In this document: in pieces, positions 1 through 10,494 of the stretch
Layout of the letters: every line of letters begins with the position of its first letter
How positions within the stretch are numbered: position 1 is the stretch's first letter
From: Macrostomum lignano
Lineage: Eukaryota
Assembly (NCBI GenBank): GCA_002269645.1
Contig: NIVC01005105.1
Span: forward strand, 1-26,227
Length of the DNA: 26,227 nucleotides
Direction: 5' to 3'
Notes under the pieces: model-generated
What the model was told of the DNA's origin: nothing
What the model saw: the letters and a program-made list of their open reading frames with translations, nothing else
Database searches by the model: none
Position numbers and translations under genes: made by a program

Positions 1-34
1 ATTGAATACATATAGAGGTCATTGTTTCAGGAAT

Positions 35-668
35 GAGATCAGAATGGGTTGGTGCGAGCTAGAGCCACTGTTCTAAGAATCTGGAAGGGAGATCAGTATG
101 GTTGGTGCGAGCTAGAGCCACTGTTCTAAGATCTGGAAGCGAGATTAGTATGGGTTGGTGCGAGCTAGAGCCACTGTTCTAAGAATCTGGAAGGGAGATC
201 AGTATGGGTTGGTACGAGCTAGAGCCACTGTTCTAAGAATCTGGAAGGGAGATCAGTATGGGTTGGTGTGAGCTAGAGCCACTGTTCTAAGAATCTGGAA
301 GGGAGATCAGTATGGGTTGGTGTGAGCTAGAGCCACTGTTCTAAGAATCTGGAAGCGAGATTAGTATGGGTTGGTGCGAGCTAGAGCCACTGTTCTAAGA
401 ATCTGGAAGGGAGATCAGTATGGGTTGGTACGAGCTAGAGCCACTGTTCTAAGAATCTGGAAGGGAGATCAGTATGGGTTGGTGTGAGCTAGAGCCACTG
501 TTCTAAGAATCTGGAAGGGAGATTAGTATGGGTTGGTGCGAACTAGAGCCACTGTTCTAAGAATCTGGAAGGGATATCAGTATGGTCTCCCGACGATGAG
601 AGTTAGGGACTCTTGCTCGTACTCTACGAACAATACGAGCTAGAGCCACTGTTCTAAGAATCTGGAAG
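35..668. repeat. 54-bp minisatellite (GAGATCAGTATGGGTTGGTGCGAGCTAGAGCCACTGTTCTAAGAATCTGGAAGG), ~10 copies plus a partial copy at ~636-668; probably intronic in the glycosyltransferase gene
   Basis: Unit read directly; GAGATC recurs at 195 and 249 (period 54). Confidence 0.95.
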
Positions 669-708
669 GAGTTCGTTTCGCACAAATGTACAGAAGTGTC
701 CTTTCCAG

Positions 709-1458
709 GCATCTACATCGACATGGACGTCGAGTGCGTGAAGCCGTTCTTCCCGAGCCTTGAAAACCTCACGGCCTTCGTGGATCAGGAGGCCAAGGAG
801 CACGCTGTGATTCTCTACGGCAAGGACTTCAGCGCCATGAACAGCGCCATGGGATCCGTGCCCGGACATCCGTTCTTCCTGCGTCTCGTGTTCGCCATGA
901 TGGAAGTGGACGACAGTCAACATCGGGGAGACGCTTTAGCGACCACCGGTCCCCGTTTGCTCACCAGCCAGCTGCAGAGCTGGTGGGCTGACAATGCCAC
1001 TAATCGGCACCAGGTGACGCTGCTGATCCGCAGGTGTTCAGCCCAATTATTGACGACGAGGCGCATGACTTCAAGACCATGTGCAGGCTGCTGCATGCTT
1101 GTAAGTGTTTTCGAAGTTTTAACTTTCTCTAGAATAAACAAGTGCAGTAGCCGTAAATGATAAATGGTTCGCTATTCAAAATATTTTAGCCACACCGAAT
1201 CCAAAAGATGCAACTGCTCGGCGGGTTAAGGAGATGCAGTTGCAGCTGTGCAGGCGGTACGCGGAGCGCAACTGGAGTCGCGACCTGACGGGCCCGGAAA
1301 CAGTGGGCCGCCACCTCTTCCTGCACCTCGGCTACAGGTGGAATAATTGGTTGAAGTGGAAACAAAAGCACCTTCACGCCTACTTCAGCTTTTTCGACAT
1401 TCAAGACGTCGCTAAGAATGTGAATTTCTACACACAGAAAAGGAATTCTACGCTTTAA
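709..1458 (+). CDS. Host glycosyltransferase family 32 (DxD sugar-binding; Gb3 synthase/SUR1/OCH1-like), last two exons 709-1100 and 1208-1458; 5' exons lie outside the window
   Basis: GIYIDMDVECVKPF DxD motif, then AMGSVPGHPFF and TTGPRLLT, typical of GT32. Acceptor TTTCCAG at 708, donor GTAAGT at 1101, acceptor AG at 1207. Phases match (T|AT = Tyr) if one C is added at CC 1028-1029 (ATC CCG CAG, ...LLIPQVFSPIID...). Confidence 0.8.
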
Positions 1459-1494
1459 TAGGATTCTTTTTCTTTTAAAAAGTAAATTTTGGCT

Positions 1495-1500
1495 AATAAA
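1495..1500 (+). promoter_or_regulatory. Likely polyadenylation signal of the glycosyltransferase gene
   Basis: AATAAA 36 nt after the TAA stop at 1458. Confidence 0.5.
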
Positions 1501-1618
1501 GACAGCTAGCTGGTACTTTCACTTTAAAAAAACTGGATGCTCATTTCTCTATATCGATCGAAGAAAGAGAATACATATTTTAGGTCGCGCATGAGATACG
1601 CAGTTTTGTGCGCTATTA

Positions 1619-1624
1619 ATGACT
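1619..1624 (+). repeat. Left 6-bp target-site duplication ATGACT
   Basis: Identical ATGACT directly flanks both TIR ends (1619-1624 and 17998-18003); 6-bp TSDs are characteristic of Polintons. Confidence 0.95.
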
Positions 1625-2054
1625 AGTAGAAGGCATGAGGGGGCTTTTGGGACAAAATTTTTCACGTCCTCCATAATCCCATTAAATCCATCCATATTAT
1701 CCCTGACAGAATCAGAAAAAAAGGGGGGTCGCACTCGCTCCGAAAACGTCCTCCATAATCCACCTAAATCCATCCATATTATCCCCGACAGAATCAGAAA
1801 AAAGGGGGGTCGCACTCGCTCACAAAACATCCTCCATAATCCTATTAAATCCATCCATATTATCCCTGACAGAATCAGAGCATTATCCCTGACAGAATCA
1901 GAGCATAACAGTAGGACACCTGTTATGCTCACTGACACAGACATAATCCACTAACATCCACCCATAGCATCTTCGAAACAATCTGAAAATAATCTGTATT
2001 CTTCTCCCCACATTCAATCCGCAACGTGCTACCACATCCCTAAAACTTTAAATC
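1625..2054 (+). repeat. Left terminal inverted repeat (~430 bp near-perfect; degenerate extension to ~2089)
   Basis: Reverse complement of 17570-17997; the differences I found are all in homopolymer runs. Confidence 0.96.
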
Positions 2055-2214
2055 CCCTAACCCAGGGTCCTTACCCATTGAAAAAAAATAAATAATTTTA
2101 TTATTCATTAGTAAGAATTATATATTTATTAACGGTTGCACAGCTGATAGGATATGTATTAACTATTACAAGAGTATCAAAAATGGTAGAAAAAACAGAC
2201 ACTATGTAGGATCT

Positions 2215-2491
2215 GCGTTAGAATTCTTCAACAACATACAGAGCCAGCCTAGCGTTCCTTTGAGCCAGCAGCTAGATTCTCTAACGCGTTAGAATTTTCT
2301 ATGTGAAAATTTGGTGTGCCCAAGCTTATCATGCGGGAAGCTTTTCACATAGAAAATTCTAACGGCGTTAGAATTTAAAACCCACCGACTGAGTTGCACA
2401 CAGTACTGAGAAAATTGCTACCCTCCTCTACTTAACCAATCGGCTGTCTCCAGTTGTTGAATCTTCTCTTTGAAATTCTAACGCGTTAGAA
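2215..2491. promoter_or_regulatory. Cluster of palindromic TCTAACGCGTTAGA motifs and a ~28-bp-arm inverted repeat just inside the left TIR
   Basis: Half site 2215-2225; palindromes at 2280-2293, 2354-2376 (one extra central G) and 2476-2491. Arms 2282-2309 and 2342-2370 are inverted copies. Regulatory function is inferred. Confidence 0.6.
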
Positions 2492-2554
2492 AAATTCTAA
2501 ATGAACTGAATTTAAAAATTACACAACTTTCCACGCAGGATCACTGGCCAAAAT

Positions 2555-3031
2555 TTATTCTAGAAACTTCATCTTAGAGTTTAGTTCCCTAATTGGCATT
2601 GACACCTGTCTCAAGCCTGGGTAGGTAACAGACAGTTTGTACAGACGAATGTACAAATAGCCAGTTGATTCCTGGATGTTTACATTTTTACACAAATGGG
2701 CGAACCGCACTTTAACATCTTGTCCAAAGTTCTCGGTGCGATAAGTTTTTAGCAGCCGCCCAACTTCGAGAATCCAATGTAGACCTCCAATTTGAGTCTT
2801 CTTGTATTTTGCTAGAGCCGCCTTCACCCTAGTGATGATGTTCTGCTCGCCAGATGGAAGCTGGTGATCAACAGCGTCCATCAGCTGATCAGCTAGTGTT
2901 ACGCGGGATGCGTACAACTTCTCCCTGAATATCTGCAGATCCGCCATCTTCTTCTGCAGAGCCGCCGCCTTCTTCTCTTCGCTACTCACATTTTGCGCTT
3001 CATTCGCTGCGGCGATATCATCAGGGGCCAT
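2555..3031 (-). CDS. Hypothetical element protein, possible helical DNA-binding protein; may extend to ATG 3197 if the T6 run near 3072-3077 carries an indel
   Basis: 158-aa ORF with GCCATGG start and protein-like composition. LEVGRLLK...F..LC..VNI..STGYLYIRLY loosely recalls DUF3102-type helical domains (unverified). Confidence 0.6.
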   Translation of the reverse strand: MAPDDIAAANEAQNVSSEEKKAAALQKKMADLQIFREKLYASRVTLADQLMDAVDHQLPSGEQNIITRVKAALAKYKKTQIGGLHWILEVGRLLKTYRTENFGQDVKVRFAHLCKNVNIQESTGYLYIRLYKLSVTYPGLRQVSMPIRELNSKMKFLE

Positions 3032-3749
3032 GGCGAAAAACTCGATTGGTAGGTCGCCAGTTTCTAGACCGAAAAAAGGTGGTTAGTTCCTCTCTTCTTC
3101 TTGCTTGTAGATGTGACGGAATATCCTGTAAAACTCTTTGTAGCATGGCACAAAGGCCTTGCTTATCTGTCAAATGAAGATTCCACTCGACTTCCATTTT
3201 CTAAATTTTCTTGTCTTCTAATCTTCTAGTTTGGCGGACAATTTCTTAGATCACTTTCAGCGTGCTTAAGTTCCTGCAGTCGTCGTTTCTCAGTCGCAGT
3301 TGATGGCATATGCGGGGAGAATCAACCCGAGTGTTTCTGCATTTGCTTAAATACAGCTATACAGCTAGAAAATTCCAGAAAATTCTTAGACTGTACAATC
3401 TTGGAGTCAAGCAGGGAAAAAATAATTGATATAGCTCAGTGAACGATAGAACATGAGGCGTGTGAATGTGAGGGTGAGCGATCGATTCCCTCCACCCGCT
3501 TGAAGTCCCCATACATTTCCTTGGTTGAATGGGTTTGTCAAAACGGAAAGGAAAGCACGCGTGGAACTTGTACATTCGCAAAATCGATTAGAGGGCTGCG
3601 CTCCCTCAGCAAATAGCAGTTACCCCACCCCCTTCTGCTTCTACTTTTCAAAATGCAGCTGTTGCGCTTGGTTAGGGCTGAGAATAACAGTTAACCCTTC
3701 CCGACTCAAGCGCCTCTCTCTACCCCGCCCCATATCTTCATACCGTAGA

Positions 3750-4160
3750 GACCAACTAGGCGGGCCACATTCCGAGGCCAAATCGGCGGGCCGAGGCCAA
3801 CTCGGCGGGCCAACTGGCCTCGCAATTTGGCCAATAATCAATATCAATCAAGGAGGGAATCTCAACATACACAGTCCATGCATGCTAATGGCGGCGAAGC
3901 GGTTGACTTTTTATTTTCTGCTCTTAGCTCTCTGGAGAATGAGAATCTCTCTTGTGCGCAACTCTTTAGGGAATAAAAAACTGTACTTACTCAAATCCAC
4001 ACTTGCTCATGCCCTTCCCGATTCAAGCGCCCCTTTCTACCCCCAGCTCTTTCAGCAGTCTTCCCAATTCATTGTTAGGAGCGCACAAAATAAACTCTGC
4101 TCCCGTGCGTTCGCCCTCTCTCCCCGTGCACTCGCCCTCTCTCCCCAAACACCCGCCCTC
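3750..4160 (+). promoter_or_regulatory. GC-rich putative promoter block upstream of integrase (GGCGGGCC x3, GAGGCCAA x2, then CGCCCTCTCTCCCC x2)
   Basis: Motifs are visible at 3759-3835 and ~4112-4146 within an otherwise AT-rich element; function inferred. Confidence 0.4.
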
Positions 4161-4549
4161 GGCGTACACCCCCAACCCCAGTTTTGTCTTACTAAAAATA
4201 ACAGCTTTAACTAGCTTCCGAGCGATCGACTCACGAAATCCGCTTGAAATCCCCATATTGTCGAGTCTCCTGAGCATTTCTTTGTCCCACGATTCTTCTC
4301 CTCAGGAAAATCTCTATACTTATGTCATGCCACATGCAGACAGAGTCTAGCTCGTTCACAGGCTCATGCCCAGGATTTGGATTATCGTTTGTATCTAACT
4401 GATTTCAAGTGGATTCAAAGGCCCGCAATATTTATAGCCGGGAATGTCCAGCCTTTGTTTGGATGAGGAAGCTTTTCTATCAGTCCATGTGAATCTATTT
4501 TACCACCAGAGCGTTGCATTATTTTATTTAAAATTTTCTTTTTAAATAA

Positions 4550-5586
4550 ATGACAGATCAGAAACTTAAAAAACTCTACTACAGCGACAAAGGATTCTTT
4601 GTAGGCAAAAATGCCGTTAGTAAACTCATGGAGCTGAGTAAGGAGCCAAAAGCTACAGTAGAAAAATGGCTCTCTAAGCAGGCTGTCTTTCAAGTCTATT
4701 TCCCACCAGTAAAATTTGAAAGGCCCCATTTCAGTATTTATAAACCTAATGAAGCGCACCAAGCAGATCTTTTGTTTCTCCCCAACGACTCAGGCTACAA
4801 GTATGCTCTTACAATTATTGACATTGCTTCCAGATATAAGGAAGCTCGCCCACTCAAGACGAAGAAGTCAGAGGTTGTTGCCAGCGCACTGCAAGATATT
4901 TATAAAAACTCTCCGCTCACATACCCCCAAATCTTTATGACCGACCCGGGTAAGGAATTCATGGGTGTAGTGAAATCCCTTATGGAAAAGAAAAACACAG
5001 AGATTCGCTATGGCAGAACAAACTTGCACAGAGACCAGGCTTTTGTGGAAAGATTCAATCTAACTCTAGCCAAGAGACTATTCACTAAGCAGACAGCGCA
5101 AGAACTCAAACTGAGTGCGGGCAGTACTATACCAAGTGGACAGAAAGACTCCCCACTGTTATAGAGCAACTGAACAATGAAGTCACACGCATGACTGGAT
5201 TGAAACCATCCCATGCAATTAAACAAGACACTGTCGAACTTAAGGCATCTCATAGAACAGACAACAACACGACAACCCCACACAACACACACAACACAAA
5301 ACACACCTCGAACTACCCTAAGCTTCCAGGAGTTGAATCACCATACATACTGACAAACTCTGAGTTTCTACGCTTTTTATATCTACCTGGAGAGCTAGAG
5401 AAAGACACCAAAAGAAGAGCTACAGATCCATACTTCAGCCTTGATGTGCATAAAATAGACAGACATTTTACCTCCGACTCCGGTGACTATTACTTTTTAT
5501 CTCAAGCCTTTAACCCTAAATCCCCCACGCGGTCATTCACTAGAGCTGAACTCCTAGTGATACCAGCTGACACAGAAATTAATTAA
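4550..5586 (+). CDS. Polinton retroviral-type DDE integrase (one frameshift near 5108-5110)
   Basis: HQADLL (D), MTDPGKEFMG (D) and VERFN (E). Adding one A at AAA 5108-5110 joins the ORF to ...YTKWTERLPTVIEQLNNEVTRMTGLKP and the Polinton-type C-terminus RFLYLPGELE..KRRATDPYFS. Confidence 0.93.
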
Positions 5587-5602
5587 AATATTAAAATAAA
5601 AA

Positions 5603-6045
5603 ATGACAAAGATTGAAACCAGAACCATCAATAAACTCAATAAAATCATTGAATCAAAGAAACCAGGTATTATATCAATTAAAGGTGCCAAAGTAAAAAT
5701 CGATCCCACGCAGCAAATAGTTCAGTGTAATGAGCAAAGACACAGCATCACAGATGAAAAGTCAGGAGGAATCCTACCATTAGCAGCTCTTATCCGATCA
5801 TTGCAGGCGCTGTAAGTGCCGCAGGTGGTGTAGCTGGAGGTGTAGCAACTGCTGTTAAAGCTGGAATGATAGAGCCCACCAGCTGAATTGCAAAAGATTG
5901 CAAGAGACAAAGGTATAACAATTAAGGCAGGAGAGGGCTGCCCCGATCGTGATGATTGTGAGAATGAAAATTCTGTAAGCAAGTCTGACATTGTCAAAGC
6001 ATCATGACACTGCACAATGCTGGGTTTACAATAATGCGCATGTGA
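5603..6045 (+). CDS. Small protease-processed virion protein with an adenovirus pX (pre-mu)-like C-terminal half (four single-base frameshifts)
   Basis: Reconstructed as ...KSGGILPLAALIPIIAGAVSAAGGVAGGVATAVKAGNDRAHQAELQKIARDKGITIKAGEGC...KAIMTLHNAGFTIMRM* by adding C at 5794-5795 and A at 5865-5866, 5881 and 6001. Confidence 0.7.
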
Positions 6046-6169
6046 TGAGGTTTAAAACCCCACTTTATCCAGCTTCATAAACCTAACGCTACTGATAGGA
6101 TGTAGAAACAGTTCAACTTTTCTATCAGGGTGGTCACCCTCAAATTTTTTTTATATTTTAGAGAAAAAA

Positions 6170-9100
6170 ATGCCAAAAGCTAATCCAGCAAAAGATTTAG
6201 TCAACAAATATTTTTCATTTAAAGGCGTCTCATTTCAAGACAAAAGTAATTTACTAAGAGAAGCATGTAAACAAAAGTTTAACACCGACCCTGGTCACCT
6301 GGGAAGCTATGAAAAACAGTTGGAAATCATCAATCAATTAGAATCCAACCAGTATGCGCCTATAAAAATCCTGCAAAGGAACACCAAGAGAGGAGTCGCA
6401 ACTTAGTTAACAAATACGAAACTCTCACTGGTGAAAAAGCAAAGTACCCACAAAATAAGCAGGAACAAGAGAAATTAGAGCAATTAATCCATTTAAAAGA
6501 GTCGGAGCTTGCCACTGAAGAGATTAATTTTGCACAGAGGAAGTTTACAGAACATTACATAGAGTACACAATCCCAATTAACGGCACCAACGGCACCACC
6601 GCAAACATCTACGACTATAAAGACAGCATCCAATCAGTTGTTGATCACACACTCAAAACACGCAAGACCTTTAAACTACAGATATCATTCAAGATTGCGT
6701 TTTATATGCCTGCAAAACCCACTGAGCATCTCGAGTATTACATGACAACAAAGGCAAAGCCATTCACCCCAACAGACACACTGGATCCTTTCCTTCAAGA
6801 TGTCACTAAGAAAATTGAAGCGTTTACATCCAGAGGTTCCGGATGGGTCGTGGGAGGGATTCAAAGAGCGACTGTCATGGTCATGAAATATGACCCACTT
6901 AAAGCCTCCTCTTATATAGAGCTCCCACATAAGCTAGCCGGCAAAAAAGCTTGCATAAATGTTAAAAATAAAGACAATTGCTGTGCTCTATGGGCAGTTC
7001 TTTCTGCACTTCTTTATGATAGTGTCCCTCACCACCCCGAAAGAACCTCAAATTATCAAAATTATTTCAACTACTATCTCATCGAATGCGAAAAGAAGGG
7101 AATCAGGTTTGACAAAGGAGGCTTGGCATCTCTCAGATCCCAAAGCTAGAAGAAGTGTTTAATAACAAAATTAGAATCACAGTCTTTGAGTGGAGTGAAA
7201 AACTGAAAAGTTCAACCGGTCAGATGTAGCAAAGACGTTTTAGATCCTGAGGGAAAAGGCGGACTGAAGTGGATCTTCTAGTGATTGGTAATTTACTAGA
7301 GGAGGCTCACTATGTTTGGATTAAAGATCTTTCAAGACTCATTCACAAGCAGTTGAATAATCATCACGAGGCTGTTGCCATCTGCCGCTTGTGCCTTAAG
7401 CATTACAGTGGACCTGAACGCTTTGAAAAGCTAACAGAGCATGAATTATCATGCGAGGATCACCCGACAAACTGCTCTCTTCCTTCAGCTGAAGAGAAGT
7501 ATCTCCGGTTTAAGAACTATCACAAGATGGAGAAGCTCCCATTTGTTGTATATGCTGATTTCGAATGCTCAATCGTGCCAGAAACTCAAAAACAAACTCA
7601 AACTCAAAAACATATCCCCAATTCAGTAGCATATGCCTTTATTAATACAAAAGGACTTGTTGAGTATAATTATTTCTTTGGAGAGCAGTGTGTGGAGCAG
7701 TTTATTGCCAGAATGTTAGAGTTGCAAAAAGTGATTAGCACCCTTCAACCTGTTCCAATAATGATGACTGAGGAGGATGAAAGCAATTTCCTATCAGCAA
7801 CTCATTGCCACATCTGCAGGAAACATTTAACTTGCACTAATATTAAAAACCCACCGTTAGGGACCACTGCCACTATACTGGGAAATTTAGAGGTGCAGCG
7901 CATAACACCTGTAATCTAAAGCTAAAATCGAACATTCATGATCTAACGATATTTTGTCACAACGCAAAGAACTATGACATGCATTTAATAGTTGAAAAAA
8001 TCGGCATGATTCCAGACATACACCTTGATTGCATCGCAGAGAACAAGGAGAAGTTTAAGTGTGTTGATATTAAACAGGATAATTCGGGTACAGGTAAAAT
8101 AAGACTGAAGGATTCATATCAATTTCTAGCTGCCAGTCTAGACGAACTAAGCAAGAATCTAAAAGATGAACAATGTACATATACAAAGATGTTTGCAAGT
8201 AAAATTAACAACACTGATGAATCATTTAAACTTTTAAGAAAGAAAGGCTTCTACCCCTATGAAAATATTACTGGGTATCACGTATTTGAAGAAGGTTTAC
8301 CACCACAGGAGAAGTTCTTTTCAAAGCTAACAGACTCTGGAATCTCTGACAAAGACTATGAGCACGCGAAGCATGTCTATAATTACTTTAATTGTCAAAA
8401 CTTCTTCCAGTATCACCTGCTTTACCTCTACACAGATGTGTTTCTGCTGGCCGATGTGTTTGAAACCTTCAGATACACCTGGTACACAGCATATGGCCTC
8501 GATCCAGCACATTATGTGTCTCTGCCTGCCACTAGCTGGGAATCTTTGCTTAAAATGAAATGGGATCAAGATCCAGATTGGTACATTGAACTTCTTACAG
8601 ACATTGACATGTACAATTTTGTCGAATCGTCAAAGCGAGGGGGAATCTCAATTTGCGTTAACAGGTATGCAAAAGCAAACAATCCCTACATTGAATCTTA
8701 CAATAAGGAGCAGCCCTCAAACTACATTACTTACTTGGACGCTAATAATCTCTACGGTGGGCGATGAGTCAAGATCTTCCAGTTAGAGATTTTCGATGGC
8801 TACCCTCATCAGAACTAAAGTGGGACTTTTCATTGGCTGCCATTTATGAGTTGATGTTTACATTCCACCAGAGCTTCACGACTATTTCTCTGACTTTCCA
8901 CCCTTCCCAGAGAACATCAAGTGCCCGAAAATAATCGAAACTCCCAATGATAATAATGGAACTTGGCACCTGTCAGGAACAGAAAAAGAACATACAGAGA
9001 AACTAACACAGAATCTAAACAACAAGACACGTTACAAAATCCATTACAAACTGCTTCAGTATTTTATCTCACTTGGTTGCAGGGTCACCAAAGTTCACAG

Positions 9101-10010
9101 GGCTCTTACATTTACAGAGGAAGCGTGGATGAAACCCTACATTGATAAGAACACCCAGTTTAGGACCAAAGCAACCAACGACTTTGACAAGAACCTCTTT
9201 AAGTTGGCCAACAACTCTGTCTATGGCAAGACTCTTGAGAATGAGCGGAAAAGAACAAACCTGAAACTTGTTACCTCATCAGAGCCTGCTGTTATTCAGG
9301 CAAATATGTCAAAGCCAACATTCAAAGAACTCCATATCTTTAATAGCTACTTAGGTGTGATCATATTTTACAAAACCAAGGTGACGCTGCGCAAGCCGAT
9401 CTATACAGGTGTCACTGTTCTCGACGAATCAAAACGTCTGATGTACCAGTTCTTCTATGGCATGAAGCAGCAGTACAAGGATAAAATGAAACTCTTGTAC
9501 ACTGACACAGACAGTTTTATTATGGACATTCAAACAGAAGACATTTATCAGGACATGCTGCAGCAAAAAGATTTGTTTGACTTGTCTGAGTATGATGAAT
9601 CTTGCAGGACACAGAATGGCGATCAAGTGTTTGACGCCACTAACAAGAAAGTGATTGGGAAAATGAAGGACGAGATTGCTGGTGACATAATCACTGAATT
9701 CATTGGGTTGAGAGCAAAGTCCTATTTTGTAAAATGTGAGTCGTCAGACCCAATTAAAAAATCAAAGGGAATTCCGAAACGTGTGGTTAGGAAGGAAATT
9801 AATGAAGCTGAATACAGAGACGCCTTGAATTGCAACAAAAAGACATCACATGAGTTCTCAAAGCTACAATCTAAAAACCATATTATTCACACAATTCAGC
9901 AAAAGAAGATTGGACTGTCAGGTGCAGATAACAAGAGATTCATTTTTGATGACAATATCAACAGTCTACCGTTCGGGCATTGGAGATTAGGTTTAGGAGG
10001 TTGGGTTTAG
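6170..10010 (+). CDS. polB: Protein-primed family B DNA polymerase (pPolB), ~1280 aa, fragmented by about eight frameshifts
   Basis: GSGW; YDPLKASSYIELP; INVKNKDNC; HYVWIKDLSRL; ExoI VYADFE; RDHCHYTGKFRGAAHNTCNL; ExoII HNAKNYDMH; KKGFYPYE; ExoIII YLYTDVFLLADVFE; motif A YLDANNLYG; motif B KLANNSVYGK; motif C YTDTDS. Confidence 0.96.
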
Positions 10011-10063
10011 GAGGTGGAGGTTGGGTTTAGGTTTAAGAGAAAGTTTAATAAACCTCATAAAAA

Positions 10064-10465
10064 ATGACAACAAATAACTTTCTTGAAGATTTGGCTAACG
10101 AACTGGAAATCCCAAACTTTAGAGGAATATTTATGAGGGACACTCTGCCTGATTTTCCTCTAAGAAAGGAATGCGGCATCATGAACTTTGACACCACCGA
10201 TAAGCCAGGATCTCATTGGGTTTGCTGGGTGATTGATCCCGATCGCAAGCACAAGTGTTATTACTTCGATAGCTATGGGACGGCAGTACCAGAAGAGCTA
10301 AGAAATTATATGAAGGGAAAAAATAATAAAAAAATTTATCGCTCAGACTTTATTCTCCAAGGTCTTAGCAGTGATATTTGCGGTGAGCTGTGCATGACTG
10401 TTTTGTATGCAATGACCAAAACACGAAAGACCTACAAGGAAATTATTCTTGGCTGTGTTTCATAG
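10064..10465 (+). CDS. Adenain-like (Ulp1/CE clan) cysteine maturation protease
   Basis: Catalytic residues in order: GSHW (His), YYFDSYG (Asp), LQ (oxyanion Gln), ICGELC (Cys); 133 aa, intact. Confidence 0.93.
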   Translation: MTTNNFLEDLANELEIPNFRGIFMRDTLPDFPLRKECGIMNFDTTDKPGSHWVCWVIDPDRKHKCYYFDSYGTAVPEELRNYMKGKNNKKIYRSDFILQGLSSDICGELCMTVLYAMTKTRKTYKEIILGCVS

Positions 10466-10494
10466 GGTTCATTGTGCATTTCTCGTCGTCCTTC

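Noticed and set aside
1549-1954. ORFs in both TIRs (1549-1944, 1619-1954, 17670-17987, 17680-17961, 17847-18059)
   Set aside because: They are translations of the TIR sub-repeats, several run out into host flank, and the frames differ between the two TIRs.
3357-4350. ORFs 3525-4214, 4003-4350, 4023-4277 and neighbours
   Set aside because: Non-ATG or weak starts, low-complexity Ser/Pro/Leu content and no motifs; they overlap the GC-rich regulatory-like block.
5255-5307. CA-rich stretch in the integrase 3' half
   Set aside because: An in-frame low-complexity Asn/Thr/His linker; no evidence of a separate element.
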